Shown one piece after another: positions 54,306 to 63,864 of a stretch of 64,000 nt of DNA (positions are counted from its first letter, which is position 1; each line of letters opens with the position of its first letter). The notes under the pieces are model-generated. The model did not search any database. It saw only the letters and a list, made by a program, of their open reading frames with translations, and had not been told where the DNA came from. Where the stretch lies: positions 32,001 to 96,000 of the forward strand of contig CAWEHK010000041.1 in the NCBI GenBank assembly GCA_963808625.1, read 5' to 3'. A program made the position numbers and the translations under genes. The DNA comes from an uncultured delta proteobacterium. Its GTDB lineage: Bacteria > Desulfobacterota > Syntrophobacteria > Syntrophobacterales > Syntrophobacteraceae.

Positions 54306-55052
54306 ATGGATGATTATCGACGGATGGCCGAGCGCATTCTCCGAAGCGCCTATGTGGTTGCTTTGACGGGAGCGGGAATATCGGTTGAAAGCGGCATTCC
54401 CGATTTTCGCAGTGCGGGAGGGCTGTGGTCGAAATACGATCCGATGGAATACGGCACAATCGAGTCTTTTCGAGCCAATCCGGCAAAGGTATGGAAGATG
54501 CTGGCGGAGCTCGATGAAGTCCTCCTGCGAGCCGATCCCAACCCGGCCCACCGGGCGCTGGCGGAGCTCGAAAAGCGGGGGGTCCTCAGGCTGATCATCA
54601 CGCAGAACGTAGACAGTCTCCACCAGCGTGCGGGAAACACGAAAGTGGTCGAATTTCATGGGAACAATCGGACCTTGCGCTGTGACTCATGCGGCCAGGG
54701 GTCCTCACGCGCATCCGTTTCCTTGAAGAATTTGCCTCCGCGCTGCGCGTGCGGCGGGGCGTTGCGGCCTGAGCTGGTGTTCTTTGGGGAGCCCATACCG
54801 GGTGAGGCCTTTCACCAGGCCATTGCGGCCGCGGAAAAGTGTGACCTGATGCTGATTGTCGGGACTTCCGCTTCCGTTGCTCCGGCATCGCAGATTCCGC
54901 GGGTTGCAAAGCGCAAGGGTGCGTTCCTCCTTGAAATCAATCCCAAGGCGTCAGAGCTATCCTACCACTTGACCGACTTCCGTATTGCCGAGCCTGCGGG
55001 CATCGCCCTGCCCGGCATCCTGGCAGCATTAGATGAACGTGATCATTTTTAG
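54306..55052 (+). CDS. cobB: NAD-dependent protein deacylase, sirtuin family
   Basis: GAGISVESGIPDFR, TQNVD, HG, CxxC...CxC, FGE, GTS. Confidence 0.93.
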   Translation: MDDYRRMAERILRSAYVVALTGAGISVESGIPDFRSAGGLWSKYDPMEYGTIESFRANPAKVWKMLAELDEVLLRADPNPAHRALAELEKRGVLRLIITQNVDSLHQRAGNTKVVEFHGNNRTLRCDSCGQGSSRASVSLKNLPPRCACGGALRPELVFFGEPIPGEAFHQAIAAAEKCDLMLIVGTSASVAPASQIPRVAKRKGAFLLEINPKASELSYHLTDFRIAEPAGIALPGILAALDERDHF

Positions 55053-55064
55053 GGGTTCGAATCG

Positions 55065-55880
55065 ATGACATGCAGTATTTTGTTTCTCTCGGTATTTGCC
55101 CATGCGGCTTCTGAAGCTGTAAGCCCGCCCTATCAGCGGGGTGGGAATGGTATCTGGGAAATGGTTGGCCACGCCGGCCCCATGGTAAAATTCGTGCTGG
55201 TCGCATTGCTGGTCCTTTCCATTGCCTGCTGGTTTGTGATTCTGTTGAAGGTGCGGCTGCTCAGAAGAGCGAAAACCGAGTCCGTTCAATTCATCGACCT
55301 TTTTCGACAGCGCAAGAACTACTCGGTGCTGTACCGGGACAGCCAGGTCTTGGAGGACAGCCATTTGGCGCAGCTCTTCCGGGTCGGTTATCTGGAGCTG
55401 AATCGCCTCAGCAAATCTTTGGAGAGTAAGAATATTCAGGAAGTAAAGGTGAACCCCGAAGTGTTGCTCGAAAATGTGGACCGCGCCATCCAGGGGGGGA
55501 TGATGGCGGAGCGCCAGCGCTTTGAGCGCTTTTTGCCGCTTCTTGCCACGACGGGCAGCACGGCCCCCTTCATCGGTCTCTTCGGCACGGTCTGGGGGAT
55601 CATGACCAGCTTCCAGGACATTGGCCTCAAGGGAGCGGCAAACCTGGCGGTCGTCGCCCCCGGTATTTCGGAGGCCCTGGTGGCCACGGCGATGGGCCTC
55701 GCGGCGGCGATTCCAGCGGTCGTTGCCTACAATCATTTTGCCAACCACATCCGTATGATTGAAAATGAAATGAGCCATTTCTCGGCGGATTTTCTGAATA
55801 TGCTGAAGCGTGACCTGATGCGCCGGGGTCGGCAGGACGAATACCCGATCGAACCGCAACGGGCGGCGATGCAGGATTAG
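55065..55880 (+). CDS. tolQ: TolQ
   Basis: APFIGLFGTVWGIM, APGISEALVATA; operon context. Confidence 0.95.
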   Translation: MTCSILFLSVFAHAASEAVSPPYQRGGNGIWEMVGHAGPMVKFVLVALLVLSIACWFVILLKVRLLRRAKTESVQFIDLFRQRKNYSVLYRDSQVLEDSHLAQLFRVGYLELNRLSKSLESKNIQEVKVNPEVLLENVDRAIQGGMMAERQRFERFLPLLATTGSTAPFIGLFGTVWGIMTSFQDIGLKGAANLAVVAPGISEALVATAMGLAAAIPAVVAYNHFANHIRMIENEMSHFSADFLNMLKRDLMRRGRQDEYPIEPQRAAMQD

Positions 55881-55890
55881 GAAAGAGCGG

Positions 55891-56023
55891 TTGATGGTTG
55901 ATGGTTGATGGTTGATAGTTGATAGTTGATAGTTGATGGTTGATAGTTGATGGTTGATGCCCAAGGGCCAACAGCTAAGAGCCAAGAGCCAAGAGCCAAG
56001 AGCCAAGAGCCAAGAGCCAAGAG
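55891..56023. repeat. Two abutting heptamer tandem arrays: (TTGATRG)x10 and (CCAAGAG)x9
   Basis: Counted directly between tolQ and tolR; the first three units of the second array are degenerate. Confidence 0.95.
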
Positions 56024-56047
56024 CCGAGTCAATGCTGGAGATTAACG

Positions 56048-56491
56048 ATGGGGATGCAGACAAACGGAAGTAATCACAACGGAAGGATGGTTTCGGAGAT
56101 CAATGTAACGCCATTTGTTGACGTCATGCTTGTGTTGTTGATTATCTTTATGGTAACTGCTCCGATGATGACCCAAGGGATTGACGTGAGCCTTCCTCAG
56201 GCCTCAGCGCCGGCAATTCCCACGGAGGATGAACGCTTGATGGTGACCGTCAACCAGGACCGCAAAATCTTTATCAACGAATATCCCGTTGAGATGGACG
56301 CCCTGGGGTCCAAGCTGTTAACGATCTACCAGAATCAGAACCGCCGCCAGGGCGTTTTCCTGCGGGCCGACGAAAAGATCCCGTACGGCTTTGTCGTCCA
56401 GGTGATGGGAGTGATCCGCGAGGCCGGGATCGAACAGATCGGGATGGTCACGGAACCCCTGAAGGCTCCGTCCAAGACCTTGTCGCCATGA
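56048..56491 (+). CDS. tolR: TolR
   Basis: EINVTPFVDVMLVLLIIFMV, LRAD. Confidence 0.95.
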   Translation: MGMQTNGSNHNGRMVSEINVTPFVDVMLVLLIIFMVTAPMMTQGIDVSLPQASAPAIPTEDERLMVTVNQDRKIFINEYPVEMDALGSKLLTIYQNQNRRQGVFLRADEKIPYGFVVQVMGVIREAGIEQIGMVTEPLKAPSKTLSP

Positions 56492-56537
56492 CCTTTTCAG
56501 ACATGCGTTTAGGGATCAGGGTTAGAGGGTTGTTTCC

Positions 56538-57503
56538 TTGGAATCCTTAAATTTAGCACCACGCAAATTGGCGCGAGAGGATGTTTTGACCGGGATCGGG
56601 GGGTCTTTTGTCGCACATGCCCTCATTATTGCCCTTGCGATCATTGGCCCGTTCAGCCCCACCAAGACCATTCTCGCCAATCCGTTCTGGACGGTGAACC
56701 TGGTCACCATGCAGGACCTCGGTCTGGGAAAAGAGGTCCCGGCCAAGGGCACGACGGTGAAAGGCGGCGCTGGACCGAAAGGGCAGGATGACCAGAGAGC
56801 GTCGGCCAGCCGCACGAAGGCAGGACCACTGGTGCCGGTTAAGCGACTGCAGATGGATGAACCGACCACGCGGAGCGAGGCGGAAATAAAAAAGCTGGAG
56901 GCGCCGGAAGTCCCGAAGTTCTCCACTAACCCGCAGAGCGCGAGTGCCGTCGAGAAGAGCGTGGAGAAGCTCATTCCCAAGCCGAAAACACCCGAGCGGG
57001 TGCAAGTTGCTCAAGGCGCCAGGGAGCCAGGCGAGAAGGGCGCACCCGCCGCCGCAAGCACGGAGAAAAAAGAAGGGCAGGGCGGTGCAGCCGGGGGCGG
57101 CCAGGCCGGAGAAAAGGGGGTGACGGGCACCCGTGACGGGTCTGCCAAAGGCGTGGGAGAGAAAGCCGCTCAGCAGGGAGGACCGCCGGGTGGGGCTGAC
57201 GGGGCCCAGGTCGGACTCGCTCGCCGGCTTTACTATACGGAAATCTGGAATGCGATTCGGAGGCAATGGGCACTCCCCGAGTTTCTCAAATCGCAGCGCC
57301 TGGAAACGGTGCTTGTCGTCGTGGTCAGAAGGGATGGGAAGGTCCTGGATTTGCGCGTGGAGAAGAGCTCCGGCAATGAGGTCTATGATGAATCCGCCAG
57401 GCGAGCGGTGCGAAAAGCCGAACCGCTCCCGCCGTTTCCGGCCATCTACAGTCCCCCTCAGGAGGAAATAGGGCTCCGTTTTCGCCCGGAAGACCTTTCT
57501 TGA
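56538..57503 (+). CDS. tolA: TolA/TonB-like energy transducer
   Basis: N-terminal TM with SxxxH, low-complexity linker, C-terminal SSGN..YD..A.RAV..A.PLP. Confidence 0.85.
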   Translation: MESLNLAPRKLAREDVLTGIGGSFVAHALIIALAIIGPFSPTKTILANPFWTVNLVTMQDLGLGKEVPAKGTTVKGGAGPKGQDDQRASASRTKAGPLVPVKRLQMDEPTTRSEAEIKKLEAPEVPKFSTNPQSASAVEKSVEKLIPKPKTPERVQVAQGAREPGEKGAPAAASTEKKEGQGGAAGGGQAGEKGVTGTRDGSAKGVGEKAAQQGGPPGGADGAQVGLARRLYYTEIWNAIRRQWALPEFLKSQRLETVLVVVVRRDGKVLDLRVEKSSGNEVYDESARRAVRKAEPLPPFPAIYSPPQEEIGLRFRPEDLS

Positions 57504-57533
57504 CCATCATGGTGGAAGAGGATTTTCAAAATC

Positions 57534-58868
57534 ATGTTGCAGAATAAGCGGTTCCTTGTCTGGGTGCGTTGCTTCCTCATCGTTGGCGTCATTGCTTTGG
57601 CATGGGGTAAAGCTGCCTGGGCCCAAAGAGTCACCATCGATATCACGCAACCAAGTTTCGAAAGAATACCCATCGCCATTCCTGATTTTAAACGTCAGGC
57701 TGCCGAGCAGTCGCAATTGGCCCGCGAGATGGGAGAAGCCCTGGCCAACGATCTGGATTACTCGGGAGTTTTTCGCTCGCTTGACCCGAAAGGTTTCCTG
57801 GAAGATCCCCAGACCATGGGTTTGACCGCCGCGGATATCAAGTTTCCGGAATGGCGCAAGGTGGGTGCTGATTTCGTGGCGCGGGGAGCGTATCAAGTCC
57901 AGGGTTCGACGTTGAAAATAGAGGGGCGTCTCTTTGACGTCGTCGGCTCCCGTATGGTTTTTGGCAAGGTCTACGAGGGGGAAACGCGGAACTGGCGGCA
58001 GATGATCCATCGTTTCGCGGATGAAATTCTCTATGCCCTGACGGGAGAGCGCGGCGTTTTCGACACGAAGATTGCCTACGTCCAGGCCCAGGGCAAAGCG
58101 AAAGAGATTTATGTCGTGGATTTCGACGGCAGCAGTCCGGTTCAGGTTACCCGGGACAACAGCCTCAATCTGTCTCCTGCATGGAACTCGAATGGCACCC
58201 AGTTGGCCTATGTCAGTTACAAGGAAAACGCCGCCAAAATTTACGCCGTCAATCTGATGGACGGGGCGCAGCGTGTCATATGCGGCTATCCGGGACTGAA
58301 CATTTCCCCGGCGTGGCGGCCTGGAAGCAATCAATTGGCGGCGACCTTGTCCAAGGACGGGAACCCCAGCATTTTCCTCGTATCCTCGTCGGGAGAGGTC
58401 ATTCAGAAGTTGGTTCAAGGCTTTTCCATCAATGTTTCTCCGAGCTGGTCGCCGGACGGGAAACGCCTGGCGTATGTTTCGGATGAAACCGGAAACCCTC
58501 AGATCTACGTTTTGGACGTCGCCAGCGGCCAGAAACGGCGCATCACTTTCAGTGGAAACTACAATACGGCGCCCGCCTGGAGCCCGAAAGGGGATTATAT
58601 CGCCTATACCAGCCTGATCGGGGGGCGTCACAATATCGTTGTCATCCGACCGGATGGGAGCGATGCGCGCCAACTCACTCATGGTGAAGGAAACAATGAA
58701 GATCCGACCTGGTCCCCCGACGGCCGCATGCTGGCTTTCAGTTCCACGCGGGAAGGCGGCTCCGCGATCTGGGTGCTGCAGACCAATGGGACAGGAATCA
58801 GACGGCTCACTCCGAGTGGCAGTGGCCAGGAACTTCCCGACTGGTCACCACGGTCGGGTGGGCGTTGA
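57534..58868 (+). CDS. tolB: TolB
   Basis: Signal peptide, PIAIPDF, HRFAD, repeated PxWSPDG propeller blades. Confidence 0.95.
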   Translation: MLQNKRFLVWVRCFLIVGVIALAWGKAAWAQRVTIDITQPSFERIPIAIPDFKRQAAEQSQLAREMGEALANDLDYSGVFRSLDPKGFLEDPQTMGLTAADIKFPEWRKVGADFVARGAYQVQGSTLKIEGRLFDVVGSRMVFGKVYEGETRNWRQMIHRFADEILYALTGERGVFDTKIAYVQAQGKAKEIYVVDFDGSSPVQVTRDNSLNLSPAWNSNGTQLAYVSYKENAAKIYAVNLMDGAQRVICGYPGLNISPAWRPGSNQLAATLSKDGNPSIFLVSSSGEVIQKLVQGFSINVSPSWSPDGKRLAYVSDETGNPQIYVLDVASGQKRRITFSGNYNTAPAWSPKGDYIAYTSLIGGRHNIVVIRPDGSDARQLTHGEGNNEDPTWSPDGRMLAFSSTREGGSAIWVLQTNGTGIRRLTPSGSGQELPDWSPRSGGR

Positions 58869-59017
58869 CCATAGCCCTTCGTTCTTCGATCCTTGTTCTT
58901 TACTGCAGGGTTTCGGCGGCAACCCGGTGACCACCGGGTGCGGCGGCGCGATGAGAGATCCAACGGTCCCAAGGTGGTGTTTCCAGATTAACCCACGTGA
59001 CATTGAGGAGGATGAAA

Positions 59018-59596
59018 ATGAGGTGTGATTCGCTGGTTCGAGGGTTCCTGATTCTCGCGTTGTTGGTCGGAGGGTTTGCTTGTGCAAAGAAGACCGTGCC
59101 CCCTCAACCCGGTTTTGGTTCGGGGGCCGGGGGATATTCGGAAGGTGGCGGAACCGGGGGACCGGGAGGAGCTGCCGGCGCCGGCCTGGACGATGCCAGG
59201 TGGCGCGAGCTCGGGCTCACCACCGAACAGGAAAAACAGGAATTCCTTGCCAAATCCCAAAAGTTTGAAAATGAAGACATCTATTTCGACTATGACGCCT
59301 ATGTGTTGAGCGAACCGGCGAAGCGTATTCTCGATGAGAAAGTGGCTTTCCTCAAGCGGTTTCCGAAGGCCAAGGTGACCATCGAGGGCCATTGTGATGA
59401 ACGCGGAACAACGGAGTATAATCTGGCGCTCGGGGAACGTCGGGCGAACAGTGCGCTGCAATACCTCACCAATTCGGGAGTCGGCCGGACGAACCTCACG
59501 ACGATCAGCTACGGCAAGGAGCGCCCGATTGCCGCCGGCCACGATGAAGCCTCCTGGGCAAGGAATCGAAGAGATCATTTTGTGTTGACTCATTAG
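59018..59596 (+). CDS. pal: Peptidoglycan-associated lipoprotein Pal
   Basis: Lipobox, IYFDYD, EGHCDERGTTEYNLALGERRA, SYGKERP. Confidence 0.96.
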   Translation: MRCDSLVRGFLILALLVGGFACAKKTVPPQPGFGSGAGGYSEGGGTGGPGGAAGAGLDDARWRELGLTTEQEKQEFLAKSQKFENEDIYFDYDAYVLSEPAKRILDEKVAFLKRFPKAKVTIEGHCDERGTTEYNLALGERRANSALQYLTNSGVGRTNLTTISYGKERPIAAGHDEASWARNRRDHFVLTH

Positions 59597-59676
59597 AACG
59601 ACCCAGCCGGGAAAGAGACGCCAGAGAACAGGGAGAACCAGTGGTTGCTTGACTGTCCTTGCTTGGAAACCCCAAG

Positions 59677-59739
59677 TCCGAGATTCGAATTCCGAATTCC
59701 GAAATCCGACATCCGAAATCCGACATCCAAAATCCAAAG
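59677..59739. repeat. Heptamer tandem array (TCCGAAA-like)x9
   Basis: Degenerate 7-bp period between pal and cpoB. Confidence 0.85.
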
Positions 59740-59763
59740 CTGTGGATGGGGAAGGGAGAATTT

Positions 59764-60594
59764 ATGAAAGTAGGGAAGGAAGCGACGGGGATTGACATCA
59801 GGTGTATCTTGGCCGCAGTGACCATCGTCGGCGTGCTTGCGGGATGCGCCTCCACCTCGATCCATGAAATGAACGCCATCCAGCAGAATATGGCGATGCT
59901 CTATGAACGGGTCCAGGCACTGGAAAAACGTGTCGACGGCATGGATGGCCAGCCCCAGAAAAGGGCCGATCTGTATGCGCGACTGGAGGAACTGCAGCTT
60001 AAGGTTGGGGCCCTCAATGGGCGGATCGAAGAAACCGATCACAAAATCGAGCAGTTGACTCGCCTCACCGCAGCGCCCCCCGCACCAGCGACTCCGACCA
60101 TAACGACCGCCCCCCCCGCCGCCGCTCCTGCGCCGACACCAGCTCCTCCTCCAACACCGCCCCCGGTGGCAAAACCGGCTCCTGCTCCCCAGCCGAATAT
60201 TGCCATCCCGGAGAAGGAGGACCCGGAAAAAGCGCTTTTGGATAAGGCCGGTCAGTCGTTTCAGCAGGGGCAATTCGAGGCCGCGCGGAGGGATTATCAG
60301 AGCTTCATCTCCAAGTATCCCAAGTCATCGCATGCGGATAGTGCCCTCTTCTCGGTCGGAGAGTGCTATTTCTCCGAAAAGCGATATCAGGACGCGGTTG
60401 AAGTTTACCAGCAGGTAATCGAGCGCTACCCAAAGGGCGGCAAGGTGCCGCAGGCCCTCTTCAAGCAGGGCGCAGCGTTCCAACAGATGGGCGACGCCAC
60501 CGCCGCGCGGATTCTCTACGAACGGCTGATGGAAAAGTATCCCGACAGCTCTCAGGCGCAGGCTGCCCAGAAGAAACTGAAACAGCTTCAATAG
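59764..60594 (+). CDS. cpoB: Tol-Pal system protein CpoB/YbgF
   Basis: LAGC lipobox, coiled coil, Pro-rich linker, TPRs ending KYPDS..A..A. Confidence 0.9.
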   Translation: MKVGKEATGIDIRCILAAVTIVGVLAGCASTSIHEMNAIQQNMAMLYERVQALEKRVDGMDGQPQKRADLYARLEELQLKVGALNGRIEETDHKIEQLTRLTAAPPAPATPTITTAPPAAAPAPTPAPPPTPPPVAKPAPAPQPNIAIPEKEDPEKALLDKAGQSFQQGQFEAARRDYQSFISKYPKSSHADSALFSVGECYFSEKRYQDAVEVYQQVIERYPKGGKVPQALFKQGAAFQQMGDATAARILYERLMEKYPDSSQAQAAQKKLKQLQ

Positions 60595-60607
60595 AATGTA
60601 GAAGGAA

Positions 60608-62485
60608 GTGTGTGCCAAAACGCCGGTGATGAACGAGGGACTCCCGCGGCTCTTTCTCTTTTTGTGGCTTGGGCTGGCCCTTTCTTTCATGGTTTTGCTG
60701 GCCTTGCCGGCTGGATCAGCGGCGGAAGAGCCCTCACCATCCCCCACCCTGGACGTGCGTTATATTAAGTTCAAGGGGGTGCAGACCATTCCTTCGAGCG
60801 ACCTGAAAAAGATTCTTGACACCAAAGAGAAGTTTCTCGGTTTGTTCACCAAGGCTCCCCTGGAAGAAAAAATCCTCAGCGATGATCTGGAACGGATCCA
60901 AACGTATTATCGCAGTCAGGGCTTCTATCATGCGCGGGTCGTATCCCACCAAAAGACAAAACTTTTCGGCAATGAGGTCCTGCTCGAAATTCAAGTTGAG
61001 GAAGGGCCTCCCATGGAGGTTTCTGCAGTCACGCTTCAGGTGGATGGCAACCCCGAGGGTCCCTGGCACCGCGAGCTGCTTCGTGTCATGCCATTGCAGG
61101 TCGGCAGCAGGTTCACCACTCCCGGTTATCGGGACATTGAAAAAGCCGTCGTGCGATATCTTTCCGACTGGGGCCATCCGAAGGCTCGTGTCGACCTGAA
61201 TGCGCGCCTCGACAAGAGCACCAACCAGGCCGTTATCTCGGTCGAGGTTCAGACGGGGCCGATCTGCTACTTTGGTTCGATCATTCTGGAAGGGAATGAG
61301 AATGTTGCGGATCAGGTCATCTATCGAGAACTGACCTTTCACCCCGGGGACCGCTTCAATGGCTCGAAGATTCAAGACACTCAGCAGCGCCTTTTTGGCC
61401 TGGAGCTCTTCCAATTCGTCGATTTGACCGTCGAAAACATGGACGGTGAGGAGACTGCGCTACCGGTCCGGATTCTCTTGAAGGAGGCCAAAAAACAGAC
61501 CGTGCGCGGGGGTGTCGGCTACGGAACTGAGGATGAACTTCGAGGCCAGCTGCAGTGGGAAATTCGAAACTTCTTTGGGGACGGCCGGCGCCTGCAGATC
61601 AATGCCAAGGCAAGCTCCATTGTCCAGATGTTGCAAGCCAGATTTCTGCAACCCTATTTTCTGACCCCGCGCAGCACTCTTACCGTGGATGGAGGGATTG
61701 AGCACGAGAACCAGGTTTCATTTGAGAATGACAAAGTGTATTTGGACCCCGTTTTCAACTACAAGTGGAACGAGCGATTGTCGTCCTTTTTCGGGTACAA
61801 TCTGGAAGCGAACCGCCTTCTGAACGTGAACCTTCAGCCGGTGGTTCGAGGCCCCCAGGACCAGGAACGCGAGGATTATTTCATCTCGTCGATCCTCCAG
61901 GGAAACGCCTGGGAGCACGTGGATATCCCAGCCAACCCCCGCCAGGGACTGCGTTTCTTCGAGACGCTCGAGTGGGCCACGGCCGGGCTGGGGTCGCAGG
62001 TCGATTATGTCAAGCTGATTCTGGAGGGGAGGGGGTATGTGCCGCTCAGCAAATATGGCGTGCTGGCTGCAAAGCTAAAATGGGGCGGCATACAACCGTT
62101 GGAAAATACGCCATATATTCCCATATTCAAACGCTTTTTTGCCGGCGGAGGCGACAGTGTCCGGGGCTATCCCTATCAGAAGCTTGGCCCTCTGGACCAG
62201 GACGGCAACCCCATTGGCGGCATGACCCTGGTTGAAGGCAGCCTGGAATGGCGCTTTCCGCTGCCGAAATCGTTTGAAGGCGTGCTTTTCACCGATTTTG
62301 GAAACGTCTTCGAACGAAGCTTCGAGGTTGTCTGGAGCAATCTCCGATACACGGCAGGCTGCGGAGTCCGATACCTTACGCTGGTTGGTCCCCTGAGGTT
62401 GGACGTCGGTTATCAACTCAATCCCCCGGACCAGGATTTCTTCAATCCTTACCAGTTCTATTTTAGTATCGGACAGGCTTTTTAA
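60608..62485 (+). CDS. Omp85 family outer-membrane protein (TamA/BamA-like)
   Basis: POTRA-like repeats, FFAGGGDSVRGY, GPLRLD, C-terminal FSIGQAF. Confidence 0.9.
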   Translation: MCAKTPVMNEGLPRLFLFLWLGLALSFMVLLALPAGSAAEEPSPSPTLDVRYIKFKGVQTIPSSDLKKILDTKEKFLGLFTKAPLEEKILSDDLERIQTYYRSQGFYHARVVSHQKTKLFGNEVLLEIQVEEGPPMEVSAVTLQVDGNPEGPWHRELLRVMPLQVGSRFTTPGYRDIEKAVVRYLSDWGHPKARVDLNARLDKSTNQAVISVEVQTGPICYFGSIILEGNENVADQVIYRELTFHPGDRFNGSKIQDTQQRLFGLELFQFVDLTVENMDGEETALPVRILLKEAKKQTVRGGVGYGTEDELRGQLQWEIRNFFGDGRRLQINAKASSIVQMLQARFLQPYFLTPRSTLTVDGGIEHENQVSFENDKVYLDPVFNYKWNERLSSFFGYNLEANRLLNVNLQPVVRGPQDQEREDYFISSILQGNAWEHVDIPANPRQGLRFFETLEWATAGLGSQVDYVKLILEGRGYVPLSKYGVLAAKLKWGGIQPLENTPYIPIFKRFFAGGGDSVRGYPYQKLGPLDQDGNPIGGMTLVEGSLEWRFPLPKSFEGVLFTDFGNVFERSFEVVWSNLRYTAGCGVRYLTLVGPLRLDVGYQLNPPDQDFFNPYQFYFSIGQAF

Positions 62486-62506
62486 AAGAAGATAAGGGAT
62501 TTCACG

Positions 62507-62995
62507 ATGGATGGCCCGGCTAGGCTGGATACGCTTATTGAACGTATGGAAATGACGATGGAGCTCACGCGGGTTGCCTCTAACCCGATCCATGCCGGGA
62601 GCAGCGAAGGGGATAGTCTCGAGCACTACCGATGTCAGCTTTTGAGACCCGGGAAACACTTGAATGTCTATCTCTCTGTCCATGCGGAAGAAGGCGCGCC
62701 TACGCTGTACGATGTGCTCTTCATGCTGGCTCTGGACGCCTCCGGCTGCGACATGATGGCGGGATTCGACAAATATCGAGAAAAATGGAACACTATTTTC
62801 GGTGGATCCGGCAGCGAGGTCAAGGAAATCGAGCTCTTCTGGGAGGAACTCGATAGCCGCTGCAAACAGACCGAGAAGTTTATGGATTTCCTGGGACCCT
62901 CTGCTTTTGAGGAGTTGCTCAACTTGTTCGGGCTGGAGGAGGCTGAGAACCTGAACCCCTTGGTGCAGCTCCATCAGTACAGGTCCACAGAATAA
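62507..62995 (+). CDS. Hypothetical protein
   Basis: 162-aa ORF filling the gap, with protein-like composition. Confidence 0.65.
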   Translation: MDGPARLDTLIERMEMTMELTRVASNPIHAGSSEGDSLEHYRCQLLRPGKHLNVYLSVHAEEGAPTLYDVLFMLALDASGCDMMAGFDKYREKWNTIFGGSGSEVKEIELFWEELDSRCKQTEKFMDFLGPSAFEELLNLFGLEEAENLNPLVQLHQYRSTE

Positions 62996-63124
62996 AGTGA
63001 CCATAAGCCAAGAATATCTGGCGGGGTCACACCTACACTCTTGACACGAAGAAACTCCACACGAATGTGTGACAGAGGCGGATCGTTTCCAGAAGAGCAC
63101 GGACAAGAAGCAGAGTGCGCCACT

Positions 63125-63367
63125 GTCGGTCAAGATCGTACAGACAGCATCAACACCTTTGGGAGTGCCGATAGGAATCTGATCGCGGCAGACTTCACTC
63201 GCGAGGAGAGACGAAGTTTCACCATCAGGCGAGATATCCTCTGGGAATCAGAGACTGCATCACAATCTGAAGTGACCCAAAAAGAAGTCGAGCTCATAAG
63301 ACTTTACAGATCAAACGACTCTACGATTGGATACAATAAATGGCCCAAATTTGTTGAGCCAGAATGA
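63125..63367 (+). pseudogene. Probable 5'-truncated small GIY-YIG-like nuclease gene
   Basis: VGQD.T....FGS...ILWES...E.ELI..YRSND..IGYN resembles the second half of GIY-YIG domains; no first Y-x-I strand or RBS-backed start upstream. Confidence 0.5.
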
Positions 63368-63430
63368 AACCACCTCACCAGTAGAGATGCAGCCCATCTA
63401 TCATGCTGCGGAGAGACAAGGGACCAGCGA

Positions 63431-63628
63431 ATGCCACCCAAAGTGAGAGAACTCATTGCCGAGCTTGAACTGGCAGGCTTTGTGGACCGAGGAGGCAAGG
63501 GCAGCCATCGGAACTTTGTCCACCCGAAGGTGAGAAGGCCAGTTGCCATTTCCGGGCGGCCGGGTGACGATGCAAAATACTACCAAGTGCGAGCTGTGAA
63601 GCTTGCGATAGAGGAATCCACAAAATGA
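63431..63628 (+). CDS. hicA: HicA family toxin
   Basis: 65 aa, basic, GF...GKGSHR.F.HP. Confidence 0.88.
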   Translation: MPPKVRELIAELELAGFVDRGGKGSHRNFVHPKVRRPVAISGRPGDDAKYYQVRAVKLAIEESTK

Positions 63629-63864
63629 AAGACAGTGCCAGATACGTGAAGATCGTCGAGTGGTCAGAAGAGGATCAGTGCTACGTGGGCAGCTCACCAG
63701 GATTGCTGTATGGGGGATGCCATGGAAACGACGAAAGGGAAGTTTTCGCAGAACTGTGTCGAATCGTGGAGGAGGCAATAGCGCTTTACAGGGAGGATGG
63801 GAAGACCCTTCCTCCGCCAACTTCGGGCCGAGACTTCGCCAACAAGCTGCAGAGTGTCGCATAA
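63625..63864 (+). CDS. hicB: HicB family antitoxin (short form)
   Basis: ATGA overlap with hicA; WSEED..Y....P.L....HG......L pattern. Confidence 0.85.
   Translation: MKDSARYVKIVEWSEEDQCYVGSSPGLLYGGCHGNDEREVFAELCRIVEEAIALYREDGKTLPPPTSGRDFANKLQSVA

Noticed and set aside
55891..56023. Possible CRISPR array
   Set aside because: Contiguous 7-bp units, no spacers and no cas genes
59659..59763. N-terminal PKSEIR-repeat extension of CpoB
   Set aside because: It translates the heptamer array; the RBS-backed start is ATG 59764
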